Notes: a model not told the origin generated them from the letters alone. Numbered from the stretch's first letter, positions 38,321 to 49,289 are shown. The stretch: 64,000 nt of DNA from Candidatus Levyibacteriota bacterium (GCA_027334565.1 DAHWUP010000001.1:16674-80673); one strand, 5' to 3'. A program made the numbers and translations.

Positions 38321-39517
38321 ATGGTTTACTTAAGTCAATTACTGAATAAGAAGGTGTATTACGACCGCAAGGTCTACGGCGAGATGGTCGACTTTGCCGT
38401 TTTGGAAAGTTCTCCCAAACCGCTGGTTTCGCGGGTAGTGGTAAAAAAGGGTAACAAGAAAATTACCATTTCACCTTCGTTTCTGTCCATCAAGCGAAAC
38501 GGGGCGATTTTAAACTCAAGCCAGGCGCCTTTCTTCCCTTTCGACGAAAGGGATTTTTATTTAAATGAGGACCTATTGGACAAACAGGTTATCGACATCA
38601 ACGACAAAAGGCTGGTACGCGTCAATGACGTTCTTTTGGAAAGTAACGGAGAATTAAAGGTGGTGGGCCTGGATGTGGGTGCTTCGGGAATCTTCCGAAG
38701 GCTCGGGTTGGAACAGTTATTTAAAGTAAAACCGAAAATATTGCCATGGCAGATGATCGAAGCTTTCGACTATCAGACAGGTACGGTGAAGATAAGTCTT
38801 ACCGAGAATAGTGTCAAAAACATGCATCCCTCGGAAATAGCGGAAATCCTGGAGGATCTGGGAGCCAGGGAACGAAGAGGAATAGTCGAAAGTCTTGAAG
38901 CAAAACATGCGGCAAAGGCCATCGAGGAAGCAGACTCAAGGACCCAGGAAGCGATCCTCGAAGAACTTCCTTCAAGCGTTTTAAGAAATATCGTCGGCAA
39001 AATGCACGTTGCGGACATCGCGGGTCTTTTCTACAAAATGAATCCTTTGAGGATCCGGGAGATAATCAAAATGCTAGGAGAGGAACGCGCCAAAAAGGTC
39101 GAACGATTGATCGATTTCGGAACCGACAAGGCGGGCGGTGTGATGCGCACCGGGTTTGTCAGCTTCGACGGAAACACCACCGTCAAAGAAGCCTACAACA
39201 GTCTTTACAAAGACAGGCCGAAACCCGAGGCGGTCCTCGTCACCAACGGCAATGAAAAGCTGGTCGGAACGATTTATGTCAAGGATATTCTGGATATCGA
39301 CTCCCTTGCTTTACTTAAAGATATCGTTTCCGACAGAAAATTCGTATATCCTAACGTTGACCTTAACGAGGTTATCAAACTGTTTGCCCAGTATAACCTG
39401 CGTTCGTTACCGGTTGTGGACAAAGAAAAAAAGCCGATTGGAGTAATCACCACCGGGGTCGTCCTTTCCAAGGTACAGGAAAAGATAAGGGACAATGAAA
39501 ATACTTACATTAATTAG
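38321..39517 (+). CDS. PRC-barrel + MgtE N-terminal + CBS domain protein
   Basis: LLDKQVIDINDKRLVRVNDV, MHPSEIAEILEDL, AGGVM, YNLRSLPVVD; no TM domain. TTGACA-18-TACAAT upstream. Confidence 0.85.
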   Translation: MVYLSQLLNKKVYYDRKVYGEMVDFAVLESSPKPLVSRVVVKKGNKKITISPSFLSIKRNGAILNSSQAPFFPFDERDFYLNEDLLDKQVIDINDKRLVRVNDVLLESNGELKVVGLDVGASGIFRRLGLEQLFKVKPKILPWQMIEAFDYQTGTVKISLTENSVKNMHPSEIAEILEDLGARERRGIVESLEAKHAAKAIEEADSRTQEAILEELPSSVLRNIVGKMHVADIAGLFYKMNPLRIREIIKMLGEERAKKVERLIDFGTDKAGGVMRTGFVSFDGNTTVKEAYNSLYKDRPKPEAVLVTNGNEKLVGTIYVKDILDIDSLALLKDIVSDRKFVYPNVDLNEVIKLFAQYNLRSLPVVDKEKKPIGVITTGVVLSKVQEKIRDNENTYIN

Positions 39518-40751
39518 AAAAAGGTTTTTATTTTTAATTCCGGTGCTGGCGATCGTCGGACCGGGTATCATCTCGGGCTCCGTTGATAACGACGCCGGCG
39601 GAATAACCACTTATTCGGTTGCCGGAGCAAATTTTGGGCATTCTCTTTTATGGATACTTTTTCTAACCACCTTTGCCCTGGCTATAACCCAGGAAATCGG
39701 CGCCAGAATGGGTCTTGTCACCGGAAAAGGACTCGCATCTTTAATCAGGGAAAAATTCGGTATCCGTTGGACAACCTTTGTGATGGCGTGTCTGTTGGTC
39801 GCAAACCTGGGGACCATCGCGGCCGAATTTGCGGGGATCGCGGCTTCAATGGAAATTTACAACATTTCAAAATTTATTTCTGTTCCCATAGCAATAATTT
39901 TGATCTTTGCGTTGGTGGCTAAAGGAAGTTTTAGGAAACTTGAGAAATTATTCCTCCTTTTATCTTTTTTCTATATCGCCTACATCGCCTCCGCTTTCAT
40001 CGTGCACCCCAACTGGACGATGGCGATTAAAAGCCTGGTCATACCGCAGATTAAACTTTCCGGCGTGTATATTTTAACCATGATGGCAGTGATCGGAACA
40101 ACAATTACTCCCTGGGGACAATTCTTTATTCAGGATTATGTCGTCGACAAAAAACTTACCAAAGAGGATATGAATGTCGAAAGAGGTGACGTTTTCTTCG
40201 GGAGCTTCTTAACCAATTTCATCTCCTTTTTTATAATCGTTGCCTGTGCGGCGACGATTTTTACCAAAGGGATTCAGATAACTACCGCCAAAGACGCCGC
40301 CCTGGCACTGCAACCGTTGGCCGGTAATTTTGCCGAGATACTATTTTCGTTCGGGCTTTTAAATGCATCGATTTTCGGTGCGGCCCTGGTTCCGGTCGCA
40401 ACCTCTTATGTCATTACCGAAGCGTTCGGCATAGAATCGGGGCTTAACTATTCAACCAGAGAAACTCCGCAATTTTACGGGCTTTTTATCCTGCTTTTGA
40501 TAATCGGCGGTTTAATGGTCATACTTCCGTTTTTTCCTTTACTGACGATTCTGGTCGTATCCCAGGCGATCAATGCGGTTTTATTGGTACCGATATTTGT
40601 GTTTTTGTACCTTCTCTCAAACGACAAGAAAATCATGGGCGAACACACCAATAATAAAGCCGTGAACGTCATCGTCCTTTTGACCATGGCAGGGTTATCG
40701 GTCGCTTCCCTTATCTATATGGTCTCGCTTTTCTTACCCAACCTGATATAA
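39495..40751 (+). CDS. NRAMP-family divalent metal transporter (probably Mg2+, NrmT-like)
   Basis: GPGII..DNDAGGITTYS, QEIGARMGLVTGKGL, GTTITPW; overlaps the MgtE-N/CBS gene. Confidence 0.88.
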   Translation: MKILTLIRKRFLFLIPVLAIVGPGIISGSVDNDAGGITTYSVAGANFGHSLLWILFLTTFALAITQEIGARMGLVTGKGLASLIREKFGIRWTTFVMACLLVANLGTIAAEFAGIAASMEIYNISKFISVPIAIILIFALVAKGSFRKLEKLFLLLSFFYIAYIASAFIVHPNWTMAIKSLVIPQIKLSGVYILTMMAVIGTTITPWGQFFIQDYVVDKKLTKEDMNVERGDVFFGSFLTNFISFFIIVACAATIFTKGIQITTAKDAALALQPLAGNFAEILFSFGLLNASIFGAALVPVATSYVITEAFGIESGLNYSTRETPQFYGLFILLLIIGGLMVILPFFPLLTILVVSQAINAVLLVPIFVFLYLLSNDKKIMGEHTNNKAVNVIVLLTMAGLSVASLIYMVSLFLPNLI

Positions 40752-40914
40752 ATTTCAAAGCTGTCTTTAAGCATATTTTAAAAACCGAATTACTATACTA
40801 TTATATATACCGTTTTCCTCCAAAATCCCCACCAATGCGATTGTGATTATAATCACAATATTATATTGCATAAATAGCAATAAATATGTATATGAATTGA
40901 ATTACTACGGGTTA

Positions 40915-40943
40915 TTGCATTTTAATATATCGAATGGTACTAT
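40915..40943 (+). promoter_or_regulatory. Sigma70 promoter of the giant surface protein
   Basis: TTGCAT-17 bp-(TGg)TACTAT, 49 nt before ATG 40993. Confidence 0.6.
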
Positions 40944-40992
40944 TCGGACAATCTTAATTTATACCCGCCCGAATACAATTAGATTAAATTTA

Positions 40993-43900
40993 ATGAAAAA
41001 ATCTTTCCTAAGAAAGATCATTAATATTTTAGGCACTCTTGCGATTATTTCCCAATCGCTTACTCCTTATGTCGTTTTGCTCCCGCAAACATCTTATGCC
41101 CAGGAAACTTCTCCTACTCCGACACCTACCCCGTCGCAAACCACCAACACCAATACCACTACTAATAACAGTACGATCCCAACCGTAACTCCGACACCTG
41201 CGGTATCCCAGACCACCGTTACGCCGACGCCGACGCCAGTAGGCACAACAACCGAAACCCCCACTCCGACACCGACAGATACGACAACGCTAACACCGAC
41301 ACCTTCGATTGATAACACCGCGACTCCATCACCGACACCAACGGGGCTTTCTCCTCCCGATAACGCGACTATATCCGCTTCACCTACTCCAGCTGTTTCA
41401 AGTACACCTACCCAAAATGATTTCCTGTCCACGCCTAGCGGAATTTCAAACACTTCAACAAGTTCAGGTAATATATCACCAAACCTAAATGAATCTTTAA
41501 ATGCCATAATTGTACATAACGTCAAGGCAAATACATTAAATCTTACAAATGTTATATCCCAAGGTAGCGCAACCCTAACAACCAATAAAACCGATTACTC
41601 ACCTACTGATACTGTGGTTATAAATGGAACAGGATTTTTACCAAAAACTACATATACTTTAGAAATCGTATCCAGCGACCCCCCGCCGGTTGACTTTACG
41701 ACTGCAGTAACATCGGATAATAAAGGTGACATTGTTTACGCATATCAATTAGACGGCAATTACCGGCCAAACTATACGGTTTATGCAAAAGATTCGTCTG
41801 GGCAAATAGTTGCGACAACAACATTTACTGACTCGGGGGTAACGGTAAGCGTATTATCATGGAATACAATAGGTGTCGACAGCAATAAGCCAGTTTCAAC
41901 AGGACCCCATCAATTTGTTATTCAAGCAAGAGTAACAAATAATACAGGGTCAAGCATCACAAATGTTTCGGCAATTTTTGCTTTAGGATCTGGAACTTCG
42001 TACATTACCACCTTAGGCCCATTGACACAAAATATAGGAACGCTTGCCAATAATTCGTCTGCCGATGTGTTTTTTCAGGTTGTTATAACTCCACCTCCTT
42101 CTCCAGACAGCCCTAGTAATGCGGTTTACGGTACTAGTAGAAACTATACCGTTACAGCAGATTACACTGATAATTCAGGGGCGCAAGTAGCATCTTATTC
42201 TAACACCCTAACTATATTAGGACTCAATTCCCAAAACAGGAATAGTATTTTATCTACTACCGTAAGCCCTTCTACAATTACCGTTGGGGGTACATTCACC
42301 GTAACTGTAACTTCAAAAACAACCGGCGGTGGAAATTTTACCAACGTATCGGTACCAATGATGTTTGATCCTAATGTTGCCCAAATGATAGGTGATGTAA
42401 CCACTTATCAAATCCCAGCGGGAACTACATTAGATTCATTTTATGACCAAAACGTTGGAGGAGATATACAATCCGTATTTACATTTAAAGCTCTGGCAGC
42501 AGGAACATCAAATTTTTACTGGCTAATTTATGATCAATCTGGAGGAAGTTACCATTATAATTCTGATTATGGACAGGCTATTATAATTACTGTAAAACCT
42601 GGTTTCGGGATAACAAAAACTCCCGCATCACAAACAGTAAACCCGGGCGGGACAGCAAGTTTTTCATCCGTTATTTCCAACAGTGGTAACGGTACGGGAA
42701 CAATTTCATCGATTATAGATACATTGCCTGTTGGTTTTTCTTATAAGACTGGCAGCACTACAGGAATAACTACAAATGATCCAGCGATTAACGGTCAACA
42801 ATTAACATGGACTGGCCCATGGACAATAACCCCTGGGAATTCAATTACCATTAATTATCAGGCAATTGCTTCAACTACTCCCGGAACTTACACCAATTCA
42901 ATTATTGCAAAAGATAGCAATAATAATACAGTAGGACCGGCAACAGCAGATATCATCATCCCTGCTCCCACGGGCTCAATAACCATAGTAAAAGATGCAC
43001 AACCTAATAGCTCCCAATCTTTTTCCTATACCACAACCGGAAACGGACTTTCCAATTTTTCCTTGGTTGATGATGGTATAAACAACACTTATTACACTAC
43101 ATTTAGTAACTTAACTTCAGGAAATTATTCAATAACAGAATCCCCGACAACAGGTTGGTCGCTGACAAACCTTAGTTGTTTGGATAATAATAGTAGTCAG
43201 TCCGTTGGAAGTATAACAAGTAGCACAGCCTCTTTATCGCTTACAGCTGGACAAAACGTAACATGTACCTATACAAACACAAGGGATACGGGAAATATAG
43301 TCATAAATAAAACAGCAATAGGAGGAGATGATATATTTGGATATGCCATAACAGGTCCTTCGGGATACAACTCTTCTCAATCAATAAAAACAAGTTCCGG
43401 AATCGGAACTACCGGAAATATTCCTGTAAATACCGGAAGCGGTTATTCTGTAATAGAAGATACACCACTACCTGCTGGATGGGTGCCGACAAGCGTAGTT
43501 TGTAATAATGGAACCCAAAACGTTTCAAACACCAATTTCAGCGTTTCTAAAGGACAAACAGTAACCTGTACCTTCACTAATACTAAACTCGCAATAATTA
43601 CTGTTGAAAAAAACATGGTTGGAGGCACAGGAACCTTTAACTTTACGGGTAACTTTTCGGGAAGCATAGATACCAATGGGGGAACGATAACAGAATCCGT
43701 TCTGCCCGGAACATATGTTGCAACAGAATCAGCTACAACAGGTTGGGATTTAACCGATATAAGCTGTACCGGAGCCGGCAGTGGTTCGGGAAACTTGGGC
43801 AATTCAACAGCAACATTTAATGTAGCTGCAGGACAAAATGAAACTTGCACATTTACCAACACGAAATATGGTTCAATAACAGTTGTTAAAACCACCACAA

Positions 43901-46900
43901 ACGGCGATGGAACGTTTGACTACACGACAACAGGCGGACTAACTCCATCAACATTCAGCATAACCACAACGGGTGGAAACGGTTCTTTCCCTTATAACAG
44001 CGTATTGCCTGGAAATTACTCGATAACCGAGCTTACTGATGCAAGCTGGCAATTTAACTCATTAAGCTGTATTTCGGGCAACACAAACATTGCAACGTAT
44101 AGCGGGACCACTGCTTTCTTCCCTTTCGCAGCCGGTGAGAATGTTACCTGTACATATGGAAACACAGGTCTTGGGACTTTAATAATAGATAAAAATACAA
44201 CCGGCGGAGACGGCAGTTTTGGCTATACGGTAAACGGCGCAAGTTCTTCCGCACAAACTATTAATACAAGCGGCGGAGCCGGTACAACGGGCCCGCTAAC
44301 CGTAATCGCGGGAAATTACACAGTAACCGAAGCTAGCCAAAGCGGATGGATGCAAAATCCCGGATCATCTTGTTATGATCCATCGACAAGAACAACATAT
44401 TCACCATTTAATGTAACTGTAGGTATTGGAAAAATTGTCACGTGTACATTTAATAATACAAAACTTTCGACTATTAAAATTGTTAAAGATACAAATGGCG
44501 GAAACGGAACTTTTCCTTTCACAACAACAGGCAGTTTAACTCCTTCAACATTTAATATTGACACTATAAAAACTAACCTACAAGAATATGATAATGTAAC
44601 TCCCGGTTCGTATTCAATTTCCGAAACCTCACAAAGCGGATGGGATTTAACAGCACTTTCATGTACATCTTTAAATGGCAATTCAACGACATCAACCAAT
44701 CAATCAACGGGCACGGCTACGATAACCAACCTTGCAGCAGGAGACACAGTCATCTGTACATTTACGAATACTGCTAAGGGTTCATTAACAGTTAATAAGA
44801 TCACTATCCCAACGGGTATTACTACGACATTTAACATTAACGCAACCGGTTCTGGTACAATAACCGGCGGAGGGGCTGGAACAGTTTCAATAACAACCCC
44901 AAAGACTTACGAGGTAACTCCCGGAACATATTATGTTTCCGAAACACCGGCAACCGGATGGACGGAAGATACCAGCAATTGTCAGGGGGTAATCGTTGCC
45001 GCAGGGAAAAACTCAAGCTGTACCATTACAAATACAGAATTATCCAACTTGACTATCGTTAAAAATACAGTTGGGGGTGACGGGACTTTCGATTTTATAG
45101 CAACGGGGTCAGGGCTTAGTAATTTTAGCTTAACAACAGTGAGCGGGATAAAGTCTAAAACTTTCTCCAATATAAATTCGGGAACATATTCTGTAGCAGA
45201 AGACTCTCAAACAGGATGGATATCAGATACTTCAAACCCGCCAACTTGTACCAATGGCGATAATCCTTCATCTATAACTCTAAACCCGGGCGATAATGTG
45301 ACTTGCACTTTTACAAATGATAAATTACCTACGTTAACGGTTACAAAAACACTGTTACCAAATAGTGATTTAGGGAAATTTAACTTATTGATCGACAGTA
45401 ATATTGACGCAACAAATGTCGGTAATGGAGGGACAACCGGTACGCAAATAGTCAGCATAGGTTCGCATACAGTTTCTGAAACTGCCGGAACTTCAACCAA
45501 TCTTTCGGATTACAATGCCATAATCGGTGGAGATTGTGCTCCTGACGGCTCTATAAATTTGGCTGCAGGAGATATCAAAACTTGCACCATAACAAATACA
45601 AGATATGGCTCAATAACTATTGTCAAAAATACTATTGGGGCGGACGGGACTTTCGGCTTTATTGCAACCGGGTCCGGAGTATCAAACTTTGATATATCAA
45701 CAATATCCAACACAGGTTCTCAAACTTTCCCCAAACTATCACCCGGTACATTCTCATTCTCTGAAAATACACCTGCAAGTTGGGTGGAAGGATCAGTTTC
45801 TTGCAAAGATAATTCAACAGGAGGAACTGTTGGTACTGTTGTATCGGGACTTGCGTCATTCAGCCTAACTGCAGGACAAAACATAATCTGTACATTTAAT
45901 AATACCGCGCAGGGAACATTGATAATAGATAAAACAGCATTAGGCGGAGACTCAACTTTTGATTATACTGTTTCGGGTCCAACCAATATGTCACCCAGTA
46001 TTACTACCACAAGCGGTTCTGGAACAACTGGCGGAAAGGTAGTTATAGCAGGAACATACGACATTGCTGAATCTTCACAGGCGGGGTGGGTACAAAAAAA
46101 AGCAACTTGTGACAATGGAGATAATCCATCAAATGTTAACGTAGGCGTTGGAGATACAGTCACCTGCACATTTACTAATACTAAACTTGCCAATCTTACA
46201 ATAGTAAAAAACACAGTCGGCGGGGATGGGACTTTTGACTTTACCACAACCGGCTCGGGACTTAGTAATTTTGACTTAACAACTTCAAACGCAACAGCTT
46301 CTGCACCATTTGCCGATCTTAATCCTGGTTCTTATTCTGTTTCAGAAACTTCACAGCCGGGTTGGACATTAACCTCATCCAGCTGCACGAATGGTGATAA
46401 CCCGTCCAATATCACTTTAAACCCAGGAGATAATGTAATTTGCTATTTTGAAAATACAAAATTAGGAAGTATTACTGTTACCAAATATACCGACCCGGGT
46501 ACAGCCCAAACTTTTAACTTTACTCTAACAGGACTAGCAACCGGTTCGGCAACTACAAATATAGGAGATGGACAATCTTATACTTTTAATCAATTACCTC
46601 CTTCTGTTTCTTATTCCTTATTGGAAAATCCAACCACAGGATGGGATTTAACAGCGCTAAAATGTATTTCCACCAACAACAACTCAACTTTTTCTACGGA
46701 TATACCGACAAGTACAGTAACAATATCTAACCTTACACCAGGAGACAACGTAACCTGCTCATTCGGCAACACCGAAAGTGGGAATGTAATTATTACAAAA
46801 TATAACGACGTTTTGGGACAAGGAGTTTTCGATCAGACTGACCCGACGCTTTCGGGATGGACGATGAATCTGGCAAGCTATTCGGGAGGAATGTCTCAAA

Positions 46901-47733
46901 TAACCGATACAAACGGCATTGCAACATTTAATAATATTGCTCCGACTTCCTATACATTAACCGAAAACCAGCAAAACGGTTGGCAATTGACTGATATGTA
47001 TTGTTCTGGACAGGAAGAAGGGCCTATATTCGGCCCAACATCAACCAGCTACCCATTATTTGTCCAGCCCGGACAAACAATCTATTGCAGAGTCTTAAAC
47101 CACAACCTAATTCCTATCCTTACAATCACAAAAACAAACGATGCGGGCGATAATGTTCTAGGTCCGGGTAGCACGGTCAACTATACAATTACCATAACTG
47201 CAACGCAATCCGCGGCGCAAAATGTAACCGTTACCGACCTTCTTCCCGACGGGTTCCACTATAATTCCGGTTCATGGCAGGCTCTTTTGAACGGAAATCC
47301 TGTTTCCGTTCCTGAACCCACTTATCATTCACCAGGCACCTGGACTCTTGGCAACATGAACGTTGGGGATACTTACACCCTTAAATACTCGGTGACAATT
47401 GACGGCTCTGAAGCAACCGGAACATATTACGATAATGCCTGGGGACAGGGATATTCGGGTTCGGGCAACGTGGTATTAGCAAACGCAACAACCGACCCGG
47501 CACAAGGCTTTATCAATGACCCGACTTTCGTGGGAACCCAGGTTGTAATTGCTGCTTCTAATAATCAGGGCATCAACTATTCTAATCAAGTTACCCAAGA
47601 GGTTCTGGGAGCATCGACTTACCTTCCGGCTACCGGAGAAAATACACTTTGGGTTGTCCTGGCAACCTTACTCGGACTTTCAGGCTTGGGTATGCTATTA
47701 TACGGATTTAAATTAAGGAGAAATAATAAATAA
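40993..47733 (+). CDS. Giant (~2246 aa) sortase-anchored surface protein: signal peptide, T/P linker, DUF11-like domains, 14 SpaA/CnaB-like repeats, LPATG-TM-RRNNK
   Basis: MKKSFLRK signal peptide ending SYA|QE; TPTP tracts; repeated I.K...E..GW....C...CT(F/Y/I)TN units; C-terminal LPATG + hydrophobic + basic tail. Confidence 0.9.
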   Translation: MKKSFLRKIINILGTLAIISQSLTPYVVLLPQTSYAQETSPTPTPTPSQTTNTNTTTNNSTIPTVTPTPAVSQTTVTPTPTPVGTTTETPTPTPTDTTTLTPTPSIDNTATPSPTPTGLSPPDNATISASPTPAVSSTPTQNDFLSTPSGISNTSTSSGNISPNLNESLNAIIVHNVKANTLNLTNVISQGSATLTTNKTDYSPTDTVVINGTGFLPKTTYTLEIVSSDPPPVDFTTAVTSDNKGDIVYAYQLDGNYRPNYTVYAKDSSGQIVATTTFTDSGVTVSVLSWNTIGVDSNKPVSTGPHQFVIQARVTNNTGSSITNVSAIFALGSGTSYITTLGPLTQNIGTLANNSSADVFFQVVITPPPSPDSPSNAVYGTSRNYTVTADYTDNSGAQVASYSNTLTILGLNSQNRNSILSTTVSPSTITVGGTFTVTVTSKTTGGGNFTNVSVPMMFDPNVAQMIGDVTTYQIPAGTTLDSFYDQNVGGDIQSVFTFKALAAGTSNFYWLIYDQSGGSYHYNSDYGQAIIITVKPGFGITKTPASQTVNPGGTASFSSVISNSGNGTGTISSIIDTLPVGFSYKTGSTTGITTNDPAINGQQLTWTGPWTITPGNSITINYQAIASTTPGTYTNSIIAKDSNNNTVGPATADIIIPAPTGSITIVKDAQPNSSQSFSYTTTGNGLSNFSLVDDGINNTYYTTFSNLTSGNYSITESPTTGWSLTNLSCLDNNSSQSVGSITSSTASLSLTAGQNVTCTYTNTRDTGNIVINKTAIGGDDIFGYAITGPSGYNSSQSIKTSSGIGTTGNIPVNTGSGYSVIEDTPLPAGWVPTSVVCNNGTQNVSNTNFSVSKGQTVTCTFTNTKLAIITVEKNMVGGTGTFNFTGNFSGSIDTNGGTITESVLPGTYVATESATTGWDLTDISCTGAGSGSGNLGNSTATFNVAAGQNETCTFTNTKYGSITVVKTTTNGDGTFDYTTTGGLTPSTFSITTTGGNGSFPYNSVLPGNYSITELTDASWQFNSLSCISGNTNIATYSGTTAFFPFAAGENVTCTYGNTGLGTLIIDKNTTGGDGSFGYTVNGASSSAQTINTSGGAGTTGPLTVIAGNYTVTEASQSGWMQNPGSSCYDPSTRTTYSPFNVTVGIGKIVTCTFNNTKLSTIKIVKDTNGGNGTFPFTTTGSLTPSTFNIDTIKTNLQEYDNVTPGSYSISETSQSGWDLTALSCTSLNGNSTTSTNQSTGTATITNLAAGDTVICTFTNTAKGSLTVNKITIPTGITTTFNINATGSGTITGGGAGTVSITTPKTYEVTPGTYYVSETPATGWTEDTSNCQGVIVAAGKNSSCTITNTELSNLTIVKNTVGGDGTFDFIATGSGLSNFSLTTVSGIKSKTFSNINSGTYSVAEDSQTGWISDTSNPPTCTNGDNPSSITLNPGDNVTCTFTNDKLPTLTVTKTLLPNSDLGKFNLLIDSNIDATNVGNGGTTGTQIVSIGSHTVSETAGTSTNLSDYNAIIGGDCAPDGSINLAAGDIKTCTITNTRYGSITIVKNTIGADGTFGFIATGSGVSNFDISTISNTGSQTFPKLSPGTFSFSENTPASWVEGSVSCKDNSTGGTVGTVVSGLASFSLTAGQNIICTFNNTAQGTLIIDKTALGGDSTFDYTVSGPTNMSPSITTTSGSGTTGGKVVIAGTYDIAESSQAGWVQKKATCDNGDNPSNVNVGVGDTVTCTFTNTKLANLTIVKNTVGGDGTFDFTTTGSGLSNFDLTTSNATASAPFADLNPGSYSVSETSQPGWTLTSSSCTNGDNPSNITLNPGDNVICYFENTKLGSITVTKYTDPGTAQTFNFTLTGLATGSATTNIGDGQSYTFNQLPPSVSYSLLENPTTGWDLTALKCISTNNNSTFSTDIPTSTVTISNLTPGDNVTCSFGNTESGNVIITKYNDVLGQGVFDQTDPTLSGWTMNLASYSGGMSQITDTNGIATFNNIAPTSYTLTENQQNGWQLTDMYCSGQEEGPIFGPTSTSYPLFVQPGQTIYCRVLNHNLIPILTITKTNDAGDNVLGPGSTVNYTITITATQSAAQNVTVTDLLPDGFHYNSGSWQALLNGNPVSVPEPTYHSPGTWTLGNMNVGDTYTLKYSVTIDGSEATGTYYDNAWGQGYSGSGNVVLANATTDPAQGFINDPTFVGTQVVIAASNNQGINYSNQVTQEVLGASTYLPATGENTLWVVLATLLGLSGLGMLLYGFKLRRNNK

Positions 47734-47738
47734 TTATT

Positions 47739-48689
47739 ATGAATAAACTGTTTAAATCATTGTTAATGTCTTTTGCGGCACTCTTCCTTTTTTCAGGGGT
47801 AAGTTTTGCTTCAACTTCGGTAAGGCTGCAGCAGCCGCAAACACCCACCAACCAGAATGCGTTCAACATCACTTTTGTTGCTTTGGATACCAACTCGTCC
47901 CAGGTTGTAACTGTTCAGTGCCAAAAACAGGGTCCGGGTGATTCAAATCCTGTGAATTTCGGCTCACCTATCACGCTTTCTGCCGGCGGCAATACCAACG
48001 TTTGCCAGGTCGGAAACGGACTATTGAATCAAAACGGCACTTACCAGTTTGACGTAATCGCCTACGGATCAAGCACTACAACCAGCAATACCGTCAACGT
48101 AGACTTTAATACCGATGGACCGGGCACACCCGGCAATTACAATAAAACCAAACCCGACAACTGCACTTACGAGATAACCTTTAGAACGGCCGACGACAAT
48201 GGGAAAACCGTCAAGGTGGTCTTGTACCGTTCGTCCAATCAGAACTTTAGCTTAGACAACGGAACCCAGGTAAACCAGGTTAGTATCGGTTCGAACACCG
48301 ACGGCTCGATGACCGACAACATCAGCCCAAACTGCAATACCAACTATTACTACGCGATCAGGGCTTTTGATAAATACGGAAACGGCTCGGGAGCAACCGG
48401 AGACAGTTCAACATCTACAACAATCATCAGTCCGACAGTTACGCAGCAGGAAGGAGCAATAGCCGGCGGTACCGCGGGAAATGTGCTTGGAGCCGAAGCC
48501 GGTGGACAAGGACAAGTTTTGGGTACGGAAAGTGCAAAACCGACCCAAACCCCTGCAAAAGTAACGGGACAAAATCCTGTTTCAAACGCAGTAAACTGGG
48601 TACTTACCCACAAAAAGGTCAGCTTGCTGGTTCTAATAATTTTGGCAGCGATTGCATACTTTCTTTACCGCAGATACTATAAAAAGTAA
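47739..48689 (+). CDS. Secreted, C-terminally membrane-anchored protein with FN3/Ig-like domains
   Basis: Signal peptide (SFA|ST), YYYAIRAFDKYGN FN3-like motif, VLGAE/VLGTE linker, TM + RRYYKK. Confidence 0.8.
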   Translation: MNKLFKSLLMSFAALFLFSGVSFASTSVRLQQPQTPTNQNAFNITFVALDTNSSQVVTVQCQKQGPGDSNPVNFGSPITLSAGGNTNVCQVGNGLLNQNGTYQFDVIAYGSSTTTSNTVNVDFNTDGPGTPGNYNKTKPDNCTYEITFRTADDNGKTVKVVLYRSSNQNFSLDNGTQVNQVSIGSNTDGSMTDNISPNCNTNYYYAIRAFDKYGNGSGATGDSSTSTTIISPTVTQQEGAIAGGTAGNVLGAEAGGQGQVLGTESAKPTQTPAKVTGQNPVSNAVNWVLTHKKVSLLVLIILAAIAYFLYRRYYKK

Positions 48690-48698
48690 AATAGAATC

Positions 48699-49289
48699 GT
48701 GAAACTTCTCTCAAGAATTCTAATAACAATTGGGTTACTTTTGATTTTTTCTTCGGTTGTTCTATTTGTGTACATTTTCGCACCGGTGGCAAAAGTCGAA
48801 CTAAATTATGACCTTAACCGGCCCAGGGCAAACATCAATCAGATTACGCCTGTGGACAAAAATTTCGACATCGTCATTCCCAAGATAGGCGCCAACGCCA
48901 GGATAATTCCAAACGTAGACCCATTCAATTCAAACGTTTACGAACTGGCACTTTCCAAAGGCGTCGCGCAGGCCAAAGGCTCCGCCTTCCCCAACCAAAC
49001 CGGCAATATGTTCCTGTTTTCCCATTCCTCGGCCAACCTTTTGGAAGCTACGCGTTTCAATTCGATATTTTATCTACTATCAAAGTTAAATAAAGCAGAT
49101 GTAATTTATATTTATTACAATAATACAAGATACAAATACGTTGTGTCGGGAACCAAACTTGTTGACCCTTCCGACGTTTCTTATTTAAATCCGAAATCCA
49201 GCGTTAAACAGCTGACTTTGATGACTTGCTGGCCTGCAGGTACTAATTACAAAAGACTGATTGTAATTGCAAAATCTCTAAGTAAATAA
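48699..49289 (+). CDS. Sortase
   Basis: N-terminal TM, IVIPKI, catalytic H (FSHSS), C (LTLMTCWP), R (KRLIV). Confidence 0.92.
   Translation: MKLLSRILITIGLLLIFSSVVLFVYIFAPVAKVELNYDLNRPRANINQITPVDKNFDIVIPKIGANARIIPNVDPFNSNVYELALSKGVAQAKGSAFPNQTGNMFLFSHSSANLLEATRFNSIFYLLSKLNKADVIYIYYNNTRYKYVVSGTKLVDPSDVSYLNPKSSVKQLTLMTCWPAGTNYKRLIVIAKSLSK

Noticed and set aside
40843-40992. 50-aa N-terminal extension of the giant protein given by the ORF track
   Set aside because: It overlaps the predicted promoter, and the signal peptide begins at ATG 40993.
41100-41420. ACNCCN tandem DNA repeats
   Set aside because: Explained by the Thr-Pro linker, with variable third codon positions.
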